Numbered from the stretch's first letter, positions 28,404 through 39,109 are shown. The stretch is DNA of 64,000 nt from a virus (IMGVR_UViG_3300028591_000184:9046-73045); one strand, 5' to 3'. The notes: generated by a model from the sequence alone, not told the origin. Program-made: numbers and translations.

Positions 28404-30047
28404 ATGAGAAAGTTTTCTGGATTATTTTCAAAGGACGGAGAGCCTATCTTGACGCAAGAATACGCTCAGTCGTTGAGAGATGGCGATGATAGATACAATA
28501 TCCTCGCTCAGACTGGAGGACAGGAAGATTGTCTTGCATGTCCGGCTCAGTTTATTCTATACGGCGGGAAAAGAGGGGCTGGAAAAACGTATATCTTGCT
28601 TGATGCCGCCATAGAAGATATTCAGAACAAAAACTACAGGGCATGTATACTCCGTAACGAAAAACCCGACCTGACCGACATGATTGAAGTGTCGTATGAG
28701 TTATATGGCCAGTATGGTGACTACAACCGCTCGCAGAACGATATGACATGGAATTTCAATAGCGGGGCAAAGCTGAAATTCAACTACTACGAAGGTGACT
28801 TCGAATCCTTCAAAAAGAGGTTTCAGGGAAAACAGTACGCTTATATAGGTCTCGACGAAATAACGCATTGTCCATACAAAAAATTCAAATACCTCCTTAC
28901 CGACAACCGTAATGCATACGGCATACGGACTCACTTCATAGGAACCTGCAACCCTGACCCTGACTCATGGGTGGCCACATTTCTGTTTAATGGTGGATGG
29001 CTCGATGAGGAAACGGGCTTCCCAATACCAGAGATGAACGGTGTTATCAGATACTGTTACATGCCGGGTAACGACGTGAACGAAATTGTCTGGGGGGACA
29101 CACGCGAAGATGTGTTCGAGGCTTGCAAAGAGGATATTATGAAGCACTGGCGGTCAGAGTTCGCACAGTACGGCTCACCGCAAGACTTGTTCATATTCTC
29201 CGCCGCTTTCGTGGAAGGTAAACTTGAAGACAACAAGAAACTGATGAAGTCTGACCCGACGTATCTTGCACGACTGGCCAACCAAGACGAGGAACAACAG
29301 AGTAGAGACCTCGATGGTAACTGGAAATTCCGCTCGGCGGGCGACGACCTCATAAAAATGGATGATATGCTTGCTTTCTACGCTAACGCATACCAAAACA
29401 GCGGGATAACGCAAGAAACTGACACCACACTATACGCTACAGCGGACGTTGCACTGCAAGGAGGCGATAATTTCGTCATGTGGCTGTGGCAGGGATGGCA
29501 CATCAAAGATGTATACGTCGGAAGGTTCGACTCTAAAACACTTGTCGATGTCGTTAAGGCAAAGCTCGTTGAGTGGGGTGTGGAGGAGGAAAACTTCGCA
29601 TACGACTTTCAGGGTATCGGACAGATACTCGAAGGACACTTCCCTGATGCCGTCAAATTCATCAACCAGGCAGCACCGATAGCAGAAGACAGAAAACAGG
29701 AGGATGGAATAAAGAAATTATATAAAGACCTAAAAAGCCAGTGCGCCGTGCTGACATACAAAATGTTCCGCGACCAAGAGTTGTCTATCGACAAACACAT
29801 ACTCGACCGTACGTTTGACGGACATGGCTACGGTAAGACAAAACTGAGGGACATCCTTATGAAGGAGCGCAAGTGCATACGTCGCACGAAAGAATCAGAA
29901 GGAAAGGCGTTTCAGATTATATCAAAGTCTGACATGAAGAAGATAATTGGACACTCGCCTGACTTCTTTGAGTCCATCATATTCAGACAGATATTCAGAC
30001 TGAGAAGAAAAAAACATAAGAGAGCAACCGGCACATGGTGTATCTAA
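28404..30047 (+). CDS. terL: terminase large subunit
   Basis: Walker A YGGKRGAGKT, Walker B YIGLDE, RNase H-like nuclease ADVALQGGD; start moved to MRKFSG. Confidence 0.92.
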   Translation: MRKFSGLFSKDGEPILTQEYAQSLRDGDDRYNILAQTGGQEDCLACPAQFILYGGKRGAGKTYILLDAAIEDIQNKNYRACILRNEKPDLTDMIEVSYELYGQYGDYNRSQNDMTWNFNSGAKLKFNYYEGDFESFKKRFQGKQYAYIGLDEITHCPYKKFKYLLTDNRNAYGIRTHFIGTCNPDPDSWVATFLFNGGWLDEETGFPIPEMNGVIRYCYMPGNDVNEIVWGDTREDVFEACKEDIMKHWRSEFAQYGSPQDLFIFSAAFVEGKLEDNKKLMKSDPTYLARLANQDEEQQSRDLDGNWKFRSAGDDLIKMDDMLAFYANAYQNSGITQETDTTLYATADVALQGGDNFVMWLWQGWHIKDVYVGRFDSKTLVDVVKAKLVEWGVEEENFAYDFQGIGQILEGHFPDAVKFINQAAPIAEDRKQEDGIKKLYKDLKSQCAVLTYKMFRDQELSIDKHILDRTFDGHGYGKTKLRDILMKERKCIRRTKESEGKAFQIISKSDMKKIIGHSPDFFESIIFRQIFRLRRKKHKRATGTWCI

Positions 30048-30062
30048 TAAAAAACAGCATAT

Positions 30063-31745
30063 ATGGATAACAACATTCTCAACTACAAAGAAATTCTCGT
30101 TCGTGAGCCTTTTTATGAAATACTCCCAAGTGGATATAAGGCACACCGTACCGTCAGAAGGGGGCAAAAGGTGTTAGAACCTAACGACAAACCTACTATG
30201 AGAATACTGACACAGGCGGATTTCCTGCGCATGTACTATCCGACGGGTCACGCCATCAATGACCCTACACTCTATCCTGACATAGTAAAGTATGACAAGG
30301 AAACGAAGAAATATTACGTCCAGCCTATCATGCGCACAGCATTTGCTTTTCAGAAAATCATAGCTACAAAGCAAATCGTGCACATCGTTGGTAATGACGT
30401 TCAGTTTGAGCTATCAGGAAAAGTCGAAAGTGAACTCAAAGAGAAGCAAAAGCAACTCGACCTCATCACATTCAGACAGGGATGGCTCGACATGGACATG
30501 GAGTACCATTTCTACGAAGCAGTACGCTCTATCAAAATCGTTGGCGATACCGCTGTGGTGGGATATTTCGACGAGAACGGAATGGCGCGTGCGCGTACAT
30601 TGTCTTATCTCAACGGAGATACACTGTACCCGCACTATAAGGTTGACTCCGACGAAATGGAGCTTTTCGCTCGTAAATACTACGACATCGACGAAAACGG
30701 AAAGTACACCACAGAATATGTCGAGGTGTGGGACAACAAGTACCTTTATCGTGCAAGAAAAGGGATGAAGGTCAACGCAGCCACAAAGATTATTCAGCGC
30801 ATCAAAGAGGTGTTCGGTATCTCTGGCTACGAAATATATGAAATAAAAGAGCACGGCTTCGACTTCTGTCCCGTCGCATACTACAGAGACGAAGAAGGTG
30901 CGTGTTTCTTGCCTTCTCAGGCCACCATCGAGACTTACGAAGAAGCGTTCTCATACTTCTGTGAAAACAACAGAGCTTACGCATTCCCAATCATGTGGTC
31001 TAAAGGTGACGGCGTTCACTTTAATGCGGATGAACTGACGGGAGCCGTAAAGTATATAGAGATTGAAGATCCAGACGGAGAAGCTGGGTTTATGAATAAA
31101 CCAGACGTATCGGTAGCCTTCAACACACAGCTGAAAATCCTGTATGACATGATTTACGAGCAGTCATTCGGTGTGAAGCCGCCTGAACTGAAGTCGGGTG
31201 ACCTGCCCGGTGTAGCTGTAAAACTGCTGTTCTCACCGGCCATCGAACTGGCTATACATGACTCTCAGAAGCTTCAACCATTCCTCAACCAGCTCATACA
31301 TATCGTCAAGTATGCCTATGGCTTCCAAGAGAATTGTCAGGCATCTCTACTGACACTCAATATCAACGCATGGATAGAGCCATACATACATCAGAACCTC
31401 TCGGAACTCATGCAAAACCTCGCCGTCGGGGTTCAGAACGAATTTATCAGTAAACAGACTGCTTCTGAACGTGCATCCGTATATGCCAAAAATGATGAGA
31501 TTGAACGTATACTGAAAGAAGACCTCGACAAACGTAAGCTCGACTCGGAATTTGAACTCGCACAAATGCGGCAGCAGACAGAGAATGAAATCAAGAAAAT
31601 CAAAGCTCAGGCCGGTCTTAGCGGAAACGACATCAATACAGGCTACGGGACAAAAAGAGGCAGACCAAACAGAACTGGTGAACAGTGGGATGAGTCTGGA
31701 AACTACCCTGGACGCAACGGATGGCGAAAGGGAGAAGAACATTAA
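30063..31745 (+). CDS. portal protein (SPP1 gp6-like)
   Basis: 560 aa directly after TerL; SGVAVKLLF-like clip motif (PGVAVKLLFSPA). Confidence 0.85.
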   Translation: MDNNILNYKEILVREPFYEILPSGYKAHRTVRRGQKVLEPNDKPTMRILTQADFLRMYYPTGHAINDPTLYPDIVKYDKETKKYYVQPIMRTAFAFQKIIATKQIVHIVGNDVQFELSGKVESELKEKQKQLDLITFRQGWLDMDMEYHFYEAVRSIKIVGDTAVVGYFDENGMARARTLSYLNGDTLYPHYKVDSDEMELFARKYYDIDENGKYTTEYVEVWDNKYLYRARKGMKVNAATKIIQRIKEVFGISGYEIYEIKEHGFDFCPVAYYRDEEGACFLPSQATIETYEEAFSYFCENNRAYAFPIMWSKGDGVHFNADELTGAVKYIEIEDPDGEAGFMNKPDVSVAFNTQLKILYDMIYEQSFGVKPPELKSGDLPGVAVKLLFSPAIELAIHDSQKLQPFLNQLIHIVKYAYGFQENCQASLLTLNINAWIEPYIHQNLSELMQNLAVGVQNEFISKQTASERASVYAKNDEIERILKEDLDKRKLDSEFELAQMRQQTENEIKKIKAQAGLSGNDINTGYGTKRGRPNRTGEQWDESGNYPGRNGWRKGEEH

Positions 31746-31754
31746 AGCATTACT

Positions 31755-32309
31755 ATGGATATAACAGTATCACCAAAGACAAGTAAGCTTGCACGGCAAT
31801 ACAGGTTAAAACCCCAGTGCCTCGCTTTTGCTGACCTCGTGGCCGTAGGGTGGGAACCGGAAGATGCTTGGGCCGCCGCTGTGCGAGAGGGCGTAACATG
31901 GACAAAGACAGCACGAAACAAAGCTATCTCTGACCTCGTAAATTCAGAATATGTGCAGGACAGGATAAATGATGTTAGAGCGGTTCTGAGGAAAAATCAG
32001 GTAGAAGCCGTAAGGAATGCTACGAATAAAGAGAAAAAGGACATCGTCAGCGAGGCTATGTCGAAAGAAAATATGCTCTATGACCTACAGACAGCCTTGA
32101 CGAATATGTCTATCGGCTCAAAAGAATGGCTCGATACGAAGAAGATGATTATCGACGTGACACGGATGAAGCAGGACGAAGTGAAGGATGATGCAAAAAC
32201 TATCCACCACTTTCTTCCGATACACTATCCAACGGGATGCCAAGACTGTCTGTTCTGTAAATGCGATACTTGTAAGTATAAAAAGTCATACAAAGAGAGC
32301 GAGGACTAA
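31755..32309 (+). CDS. hypothetical protein, possible terminase small subunit
   Basis: N-terminal QCLAFADLV...AWAAA resembles TerS HTH; co-transcribed with TerL and portal. Confidence 0.4.
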   Translation: MDITVSPKTSKLARQYRLKPQCLAFADLVAVGWEPEDAWAAAVREGVTWTKTARNKAISDLVNSEYVQDRINDVRAVLRKNQVEAVRNATNKEKKDIVSEAMSKENMLYDLQTALTNMSIGSKEWLDTKKMIIDVTRMKQDEVKDDAKTIHHFLPIHYPTGCQDCLFCKCDTCKYKKSYKESED

Positions 32310-32539
32310 TCCCCGCTCTTTTCTTTGAAATGCTTCTTGCACGCAAGCTGGCTTAGCAAAACACTACGGCTCTGTGTCCAATACGGACACCTGCCAAGCG
32401 TAGGCTTCCTGCCGTGCACTGTCAGCGTAGGAAAGTCCGTTACCTCGATGACATTCGCACAATCTCGACAGTGGAACACTACTGCCGGAGTAGATACAAT
32501 CCTACCGACAAATTTCCTGCTTCCTGCCATATTGAGCAA
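32306..32539 (-). CDS. small Cys-containing hypothetical protein
   Basis: CxxC...C...C pattern. Confidence 0.5.
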   Translation of the reverse strand: MLNMAGSRKFVGRIVSTPAVVFHCRDCANVIEVTDFPTLTVHGRKPTLGRCPYWTQSRSVLLSQLACKKHFKEKSGD

Positions 32540-32993
32540 TCAACAAAGAGTCACAGGTCTGCAGGGTGACTCTCTTTCCTAACGATGAGAACAGACGCTG
32601 CGCGACGGCTTTCAGTTTGTTTTTATGCTCTCGCTTCTCTGCAGCACTCGACTTGGTGATACTCGACGAGCCTACACCATATACTTTCTGCCATTTCTGT
32701 GGTGTCACATACTCCGTGGGTATCTCAAAGGCAAGAAGACACATTTCAAGCCATCCGCAGCCCTTGCCGAAATTGAAGGCGGAAGAGGCACCTTGACCAG
32801 GAATGCCACCAACTTTCTCTATGTAGCAAACGAGTCTGTCGTCAGGGTTGACAACATAGTTCTTAAACTCACGAATGGTTAGAAGAACATCCATTGCCGT
32901 CTCTGGCATGTTGACAACACTAATTGGGCCTTTTTCGCTGATGACAGCCATACCGCCCTTCTTTCCGGGGTCTATACCAAGAATATATTTCAT
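32502..32993 (-). CDS. Holliday junction resolvase, RuvC-like
   Basis: ILGIDPG N-terminal motif, YIEKV, SAFNFG, DSLLIA. Confidence 0.85.
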   Translation of the reverse strand: MKYILGIDPGKKGGMAVISEKGPISVVNMPETAMDVLLTIREFKNYVVNPDDRLVCYIEKVGGIPGQGASSAFNFGKGCGWLEMCLLAFEIPTEYVTPQKWQKVYGVGSSSITKSSAAEKREHKNKLKAVAQRLFSSLGKRVTLQTCDSLLIAQYGRKQEICR

Positions 32994-33190
32994 GTTCCTT
33001 GCCCTCTTAATTTGTTAATGGCTTCTGCTATCTTACTAAGGTGGTCCGTTATCAGTGTGTCATTGAGAACAGGGACAAAGTTCGGCAAGTCACTACCGTT
33101 TTCCAAGGCACACGCAAGAGAGTCTATGAAATGCGTGATATTCGCATAATCCTCGATAATATCGAGAAATCTATTGCCTGCATCCATCAC
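32990..33190 (-). CDS. hypothetical protein
   Basis: ATGA-coupled in operon. Confidence 0.55.
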   Translation of the reverse strand: MMDAGNRFLDIIEDYANITHFIDSLACALENGSDLPNFVPVLNDTLITDHLSKIAEAINKLRGQGT

Positions 33191-33606
33191 TCACCTCCCT
33201 TCTTTTCACTCAAACCCTTACGCTCCATGAGCGCACGCAAGGCTTCACTCTTGGCTTTCCAATATTCATTGTCACCCATGACGGTGGTGTCGGTATACAT
33301 CATCGTGAACATGTTACGGAGGGCATTTGCCCCTACCTCACCTCTACTCCACTCAGCCTCGATAAAAGCATACATCGTACTGCCGATGACGAAACTAAGA
33401 CTCCATCCACCGCCGACAGTGTTGACTACCATATATGGCAGGACACCACGACTGAGGTGTTTGTGCACGTCAAACGGGACATCCGTCATGTTGCGAATGG
33501 TGTTCATTTCTTTCTTGCTAAGACTCTTGGCAATCTTGTAGTACTCAAAATTTCCTACTTTCTCCTTCTTTCCGAAGGGCATCTCTCTTCTCTCTTCCAT
33601 AGTCAT
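33187..33606 (-). CDS. hypothetical protein
   Basis: ATGA-coupled in operon. Confidence 0.65.
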   Translation of the reverse strand: MTMEERREMPFGKKEKVGNFEYYKIAKSLSKKEMNTIRNMTDVPFDVHKHLSRGVLPYMVVNTVGGGWSLSFVIGSTMYAFIEAEWSRGEVGANALRNMFTMMYTDTTVMGDNEYWKAKSEALRALMERKGLSEKKGGE

Positions 33607-34064
33607 TGTTTTTGATGTTTATATAACTTAATTGTACTCCATTCGTCGTAATTCGCAATACCACGACTCTTGTCGTAATAGCTGACAAAGACACGGGCAC
33701 CATCCTCAGCCGCAATATCCACATTGCTTCTGTGGCGCATATAGACCGTTGCGGCAACAAATCCACTGAAGACGATAAGACCACTGCAGTCACCAAGAAA
33801 AACGTAATAGCCGTTCTTGCCTTTGATGTCTACTTTCTCGTCAAGGTAAATATTATGCCGGTGCAGGTCTTCCTTGCGAATATTCTTACGGATAAAATCA
33901 AGCGTAGGCCAGTCTTTATCAACAGAAAAGTCAAAACCTTTGATGAAACGCTCTATACACATATCAATGGTGTCGTCATCAGACCAAGCGTTATACCATT
34001 CGTCGCAGAGACCGACACTGCGGGCCATCTCGCGTAGCGCGATATTCAATTCCTTATCTGTCAT
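33603..34064 (-). CDS. hypothetical protein
   Basis: ATGA-coupled in operon. Confidence 0.65.
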   Translation of the reverse strand: MTDKELNIALREMARSVGLCDEWYNAWSDDDTIDMCIERFIKGFDFSVDKDWPTLDFIRKNIRKEDLHRHNIYLDEKVDIKGKNGYYVFLGDCSGLIVFSGFVAATVYMRHRSNVDIAAEDGARVFVSYYDKSRGIANYDEWSTIKLYKHQKQ

Positions 34065-34076
34065 ATTTTGAACTTA

Positions 34077-34370
34077 TTATATCTTCCTACTTAATTTCAT
34101 ATTTATATTCACAACAATCCTAAATTCCACAAGTCTTCCGTTCACGGATGTTTTGAACACGCCCTCGACAAGATAGCCGTCTTTATCAAGAAACGATTGA
34201 ACAAAACACTTTCTGAAAGCACTCATACAAGGACTCGGCTCAACCATTACCAAAGAGTTAGGATGGTCATTCACAAACTTAGCAAGACCAGCCTCTGTTA
34301 ATGGTGATAAATCCTCTATAACTGTTTCCGAGCCTTCCCAAAACCTTGAAGTAACATAAAACGTAATCAT
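34077..34370 (-). CDS. hypothetical protein
   Basis: ORF track, co-oriented. Confidence 0.55.
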   Translation of the reverse strand: MITFYVTSRFWEGSETVIEDLSPLTEAGLAKFVNDHPNSLVMVEPSPCMSAFRKCFVQSFLDKDGYLVEGVFKTSVNGRLVEFRIVVNINMKLSRKI

Positions 34371-34443
34371 ATTCTTACTGTATTTAATATTGCAAGTACT
34401 TCGCCAAAAATATATACATACTCTGCACCATCAGGGTATTGTT

Positions 34444-35976
34444 TTAATCGTCTTCCATTATAAACGTATCTCTCTCGGTGGCATCCTCCACAGGCAAGTC
34501 GGCATCAGCAATAATAAACGGACGCTTCAAAGCCTCGGCGACACAGCCATATACCTGATAGTAGATACCATCTATCCTTCGCTCCTTATAGAAGCCATGA
34601 CCGTTCGCACGGCCAAGAGTCTGACCTATCTTCTGTATCGTCGGAAGGTCGGCGTTGTTGTCACGGCAGAAATTCTCGATGCTCTCCACCATGTCGCTGA
34701 ACTTTATCCATGTGCATATCTCGTTGCGCTGGCGGGCCTCCCAACGAAGACCATAGGAGTTAATCCATGCCACAACAGGGTTGATACCAAGCTGTGAGAG
34801 CAAAATCTGACGGCGGTTGCCTTCTGAGTCGGGGAAGATAAACTTACGACGCTTCAGTTCCTTCGCACCTCGAACTATCCAGTTGAAGATGCCAGGGTAC
34901 TCAGAGACAAGCTCTCGTGACAGATTTGGGTTCTGCTTCTCCTTCGGGATGACATACTCAAAACTGATAAACTGAAGGCGACGGATGAAACCAAGGCTCT
35001 GGTCGTCGGAATACGGAAGCTCATTGAGGTTGAAGATGAGAAATGGAATATTATAGTTCTCCTTCACGTTCTCACCAAGCTTGCGGACGGTAACACTCTC
35101 ACCGCTGACGATACGCTTGAAGACACCAGTACGCTTGCGACCAAACGAACGCTGGTCAGAGTCAGAAGACCAGTTGAAAAGGGCATCACGCAACAGAAGG
35201 CGTGCACGCATACCTTCGTCACCGGACGCCGTGAGGTCGTCATAGTCAAGGCCGCTGATGCGCTCTTTACCGAAGATGCCAACGGCGGTATCATAAATGG
35301 TACTCTTGCCATTGGCACCACTGCCGATGAGTATCAGACATAGTTCTATCTTCGCTGCTGCCTTTCCTTCATAGGCGTTATACACAGAACCACGCTCCAT
35401 AAGGCCAAGACCGAGAAACATTTGTAGTATGAGGCGTGAGTTGCGGTCAGGGAGTACCTCGTGAAGGAAGTTCTTCCACTTGTTACACTTCGCAGTCTCG
35501 TTATACTCATACGGATGATAATAGGTGACATGCCACTCGGGGCTGAACGGGTAGAAGCGGTAGTCTTTGAGGTCAAGAACGCCATTGAGGAAGGCGACAA
35601 GGTCTGGACGTGGGTTCAACAGATTGAAGTAACGGATGATGTTCACAAAATACTTCATACAGATAGAACGGTTGCCAATCATCGGGACTATACGCAGATG
35701 CTCAAGCAAAAGGTCGTATGCCATCACTATCAACTCTTCCTTAACAATGACATATATCCTGCCGTCAAACATATAAAAGTCGTTGTTGTAATACTTCACA
35801 GGGACAAGTTTCGCCATGCGGCGTATCGTCTCAATGAAGCCAAGAAAGTTGTTCTGATACTTCGCACCAAGCTTCGGCCCCCAGCCACCACGGTAGTCCT
35901 CAAAATTGATGTCTGATGTCGAACAGATACTCAGCATCTCCGCATATAACTTATCTATAACGGTACTATCTCTCAT
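34444..35976 (-). CDS. D5/P4-family primase-associated SF3 helicase
   Basis: D5-N-like VAFLNGVLDL, Walker A LIGSGANGKST, NELP motif C. Confidence 0.88.
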   Translation of the reverse strand: MRDSTVIDKLYAEMLSICSTSDINFEDYRGGWGPKLGAKYQNNFLGFIETIRRMAKLVPVKYYNNDFYMFDGRIYVIVKEELIVMAYDLLLEHLRIVPMIGNRSICMKYFVNIIRYFNLLNPRPDLVAFLNGVLDLKDYRFYPFSPEWHVTYYHPYEYNETAKCNKWKNFLHEVLPDRNSRLILQMFLGLGLMERGSVYNAYEGKAAAKIELCLILIGSGANGKSTIYDTAVGIFGKERISGLDYDDLTASGDEGMRARLLLRDALFNWSSDSDQRSFGRKRTGVFKRIVSGESVTVRKLGENVKENYNIPFLIFNLNELPYSDDQSLGFIRRLQFISFEYVIPKEKQNPNLSRELVSEYPGIFNWIVRGAKELKRRKFIFPDSEGNRRQILLSQLGINPVVAWINSYGLRWEARQRNEICTWIKFSDMVESIENFCRDNNADLPTIQKIGQTLGRANGHGFYKERRIDGIYYQVYGCVAEALKRPFIIADADLPVEDATERDTFIMEDD

Positions 35977-36479
35977 TTCGCTGTCTTGAATTGTTTAAAA
36001 TCATCGTATGTTACATTGAATAAGCCGACCTCACTCGGCATACCAAGAAGAAACTCAAGGAAGATATTCGTCTTCCTCGGATTATCACCAATACGGTCGT
36101 CAACCAACAAGCAGAGGTGATACCACCAGTCTGAGTCCGCACACGCATCCTCGGCCTCGTCTTTCAACTCGTAGATGGGAAGAGCAGACTTCGCCGCCCA
36201 CTTCTTCGCCGCAACGATATGACTCATCATCTGTTTGAAGTTATACTTGTCAGTCTGACCGAAAGACACACCGAAAGGACGTAACTCCGACTCGGCATCC
36301 ATCAACAGAGAGTTCGCAACATCGGCGAAGACAAATGCCATGTTATTGAGAACCATACTACGCTGAACACGCCGACGAAGACGCTCTCGCGACTGACCAC
36401 ACTTCTCTACCATGTGATAACGGTCTATCATCTGGTCGATGTCCGCATCACGCTTCGCTATAATCTCTTCCTTCGTCAT
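35973..36479 (-). CDS. hypothetical protein
   Basis: ORF 35973..36515 with start trimmed to MTKEE. Confidence 0.65.
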   Translation of the reverse strand: MTKEEIIAKRDADIDQMIDRYHMVEKCGQSRERLRRRVQRSMVLNNMAFVFADVANSLLMDAESELRPFGVSFGQTDKYNFKQMMSHIVAAKKWAAKSALPIYELKDEAEDACADSDWWYHLCLLVDDRIGDNPRKTNIFLEFLLGMPSEVGLFNVTYDDFKQFKTAK

Positions 36480-36480
36480 A

Positions 36481-36972
36481 TCACTTCGCTCCTGTGTGAC
36501 CATAACCGCCACCACGGTCTTTCGTCATATCCAACTCATCTACACATACCATCTCTACGTCAGGGACGTCAACAATCTGCATCTGTGCAATACGAGTACC
36601 TTTCTCAATGTAACAGTGTGCAACAGGGTTCATCTTGTGAACCTTGAGAATGACACCGACACTATCACGATAGTCTTCGTCAACAAGGCCGCGAATGACA
36701 TCAGCATCGAGAAGTGTACGGCTCTCATAGTCACCAATCCTATAGATGGCGTCTATGCCACGACAAGAGAAACCACTGCGAGGCTGTATCGTCGCAGCCT
36801 TGCCATGAGGAAGCTCCAACTGGAACTTCATGTCGATAACCTGACGACCTACATGAAGCTCCACATCTTCCGGCACATACAAATCATACGCCGCAGCATA
36901 CTCAGAACCCTTCGTGGGTATGATGCCACCATTCAACTTAATCTTTACCTGTTCCATGTTATATATTTCCAA
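36481..36972 (-). CDS. dut: dUTPase (trimeric)
   Basis: AAYDL, PRSG, GLVDEDYR, RIAQM, RGGGYGHTG motifs. Confidence 0.93.
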   Translation of the reverse strand: MEIYNMEQVKIKLNGGIIPTKGSEYAAAYDLYVPEDVELHVGRQVIDMKFQLELPHGKAATIQPRSGFSCRGIDAIYRIGDYESRTLLDADVIRGLVDEDYRDSVGVILKVHKMNPVAHCYIEKGTRIAQMQIVDVPDVEMVCVDELDMTKDRGGGYGHTGAK

Positions 36973-37267
36973 AAATCTTCATGTGAGAATACGCAAAGTC
37001 TATAGCCTCGCCCAGCTCCTTCGGGTTCGGCATCCTGTATATCGCAGGCACATTCCTATCCCTTCTGTACCTGTTCGCCTGCAACAAGACCGCCATGTGG
37101 TGACGCTTCTCTTCCTTAGACACATATTCATCGGTGGTACACAAATCAGAGCAGTGCATACAACCGCCAATAGGTTTGTCCTGATGCGGACAGATACCCC
37201 ACCCGTCGGTGTCCTCATACCCGAACCAACAGCAACAACCACAGCATTTCTCTTTATCTTGTTTCAT
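36959..37267 (-). CDS. Cys-rich hypothetical protein
   Basis: start trimmed to MKQDKE. Confidence 0.55.
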   Translation of the reverse strand: MKQDKEKCCGCCCWFGYEDTDGWGICPHQDKPIGGCMHCSDLCTTDEYVSKEEKRHHMAVLLQANRYRRDRNVPAIYRMPNPKELGEAIDFAYSHMKIFGNI

Positions 37268-37677
37268 ACGTCGAAAACTTTTGGGATGACCTTGACAGGG
37301 AAAGTGTTGTCTTGCACACAATCTGGAGCCCAGTTGAAGTCAAGAACATTGCTTTTCCCTTGGAATTTCTCGTCTTGGCTGTGGAGTTCGGGCGCAATCA
37401 GTTTCATGATGCCCTTGTAGTAGCCAAGGCTGTCGGCTTCGTCGCAGTTCTCATCGAAACGCTCCATACAGATAGAGAACACGCTGCCCCATCCTGTTGG
37501 GTCGTTGACTATGACGGTTATCACGTTCTTTGCATCACTGATGAATGGCGAGACGCCTGTGTAAAACTTCTTCTTGTAGTGGCTGTAGCCCCACGGGAAC
37601 AGGATGCTCAGGATTTCTTTCAGTCGCTCCTCTGGTATGAGGTCGATTTGCTCTTGTTTCTCTTCTTCTTTTGCCAT
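37264..37677 (-). CDS. hypothetical protein
   Basis: start trimmed to MAKEEE. Confidence 0.6.
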   Translation of the reverse strand: MAKEEEKQEQIDLIPEERLKEILSILFPWGYSHYKKKFYTGVSPFISDAKNVITVIVNDPTGWGSVFSICMERFDENCDEADSLGYYKGIMKLIAPELHSQDEKFQGKSNVLDFNWAPDCVQDNTFPVKVIPKVFDV

Positions 37678-37716
37678 ATTTCTTTCAATTTTCACACGAT
37701 ACACTATTAATAATAA

Positions 37717-37968
37717 TTATCTTATAGGAACAACATTCGGAGAAAAATCCTCCAACGCCGCAATAAAACTCTCCTTCGTCTTATATACCTTCTTGTCTAT
37801 ACGCCAATGCCTGTAACTCCTGCCACTACTGCCATCACTACGCAACTTGACATGGTCACAAAAACCTAAACGACCACCACAAGAAGCATATGACGTCATA
37901 TGCTCGTCACGCAAAGACAAGTGACCAATCAGACGAAACTCTAAACTGTTGAACTCACTAAATGTCAT
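37717..37968 (-). CDS. hypothetical protein
   Basis: ORF track. Confidence 0.55.
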   Translation of the reverse strand: MTFSEFNSLEFRLIGHLSLRDEHMTSYASCGGRLGFCDHVKLRSDGSSGRSYRHWRIDKKVYKTKESFIAALEDFSPNVVPIR

Positions 37969-38264
37969 ACCTCACCATGATAACCTAATAACCAAACACG
38001 AAAATCCATCACCTTACCAGACTTAAAACACCAGTCACGCCAAGACTTATACTCAGCGTAACTCACACTATGCTCAACACAGTAAATCAAATCTGACATC
38101 CCTAAGATTACTATACCAAAGTAATCCCATGTACCACCTACCTCGTCTATCCAACTACCAAGAGATTTATCCAAATCCCATAAACTACACAATAAACCTA
38201 CCCACTCATCACAAACTTTGTCATAACGAATGCGTAAATCCTCCGAAGATGACATAATTAACAA
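37965..38264 (-). CDS. hypothetical protein
   Basis: first gene of the leftward replication operon. Confidence 0.55.
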   Translation of the reverse strand: MLIMSSSEDLRIRYDKVCDEWVGLLCSLWDLDKSLGSWIDEVGGTWDYFGIVILGMSDLIYCVEHSVSYAEYKSWRDWCFKSGKVMDFRVWLLGYHGEV

Positions 38265-38286
38265 ATTATGCGAAAATAATGTGCAA

Positions 38287-38576
38287 ATGAAGGACTATGA
38301 AGAACCTATGAAGGATTTTATGAAGGATTTTTTTGCGATAAAACACTGAAAATCAATGAAATAAACAACGCACAACACAAAATGTACGCTCAAAACCCCA
38401 CCTAAAGATTTTCAACTAACCCCGGTACACATTATTTATCTGTCAGAACCCAATGCAAATTTACAAAAAAATCATGTAAATCGTTCATAAAACAACCAAA
38501 AATCCTTTATTTATTATACTTTTTTAATAACTGAACCTTCATAAAAATATTTTTAAACATTCATAAACATGAAGGA
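38287..38576. repeat. ATGAAGG(A) short repeats, iteron/operator-like
   Basis: copies at 38287, 38297 (variant), 38308, 38320, 38569; inverted CCTTCAT at 38536. Confidence 0.6.
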
Positions 38577-39109
38577 TAACGACGTTTCTGAAAAGTGTTA
38601 GCAAATGTTAAATTGACAGCTGAGAAAAGCGTGAAACAAAAAAAATTGGGAGAAAAAATTTTTGAGAGGTGACCATCGCCTTTTTGACCCTCTTGGCACC
38701 CGTGGGGTGGGGGTGTAAAGATTTTTGATTGTTACTTACACTTCGCCATATAGAAGTGCTATTTACTTTCAGATTGTTACTTTTTGCCGTTTCATACTAC
38801 ATTATGTTATATAATATAGCGATTTTTTGCTTACAATTAACAAATTTTGGTAAAAAACCTTGACAAAAACCGCCCTGCGCTTCCCTCACGCTTTCACTTC
38901 ATGTGAAAAACTTTTGACAAATTAACGATTTATTACAATTTATGTGTCATTTGTAAAGATTTTTGTCAAAAGTTTAACATTTGGCACTGAATATTTAACT
39001 TTAGCCTTATTTGTTTACACTCGTTAACATTTAACTAATTGATTTTCAATTAGTTACGCACTTTCAGTTGGTGTAAAAATAGGGTATTGTATGTTTCGAT
39101 TTATTGTCG

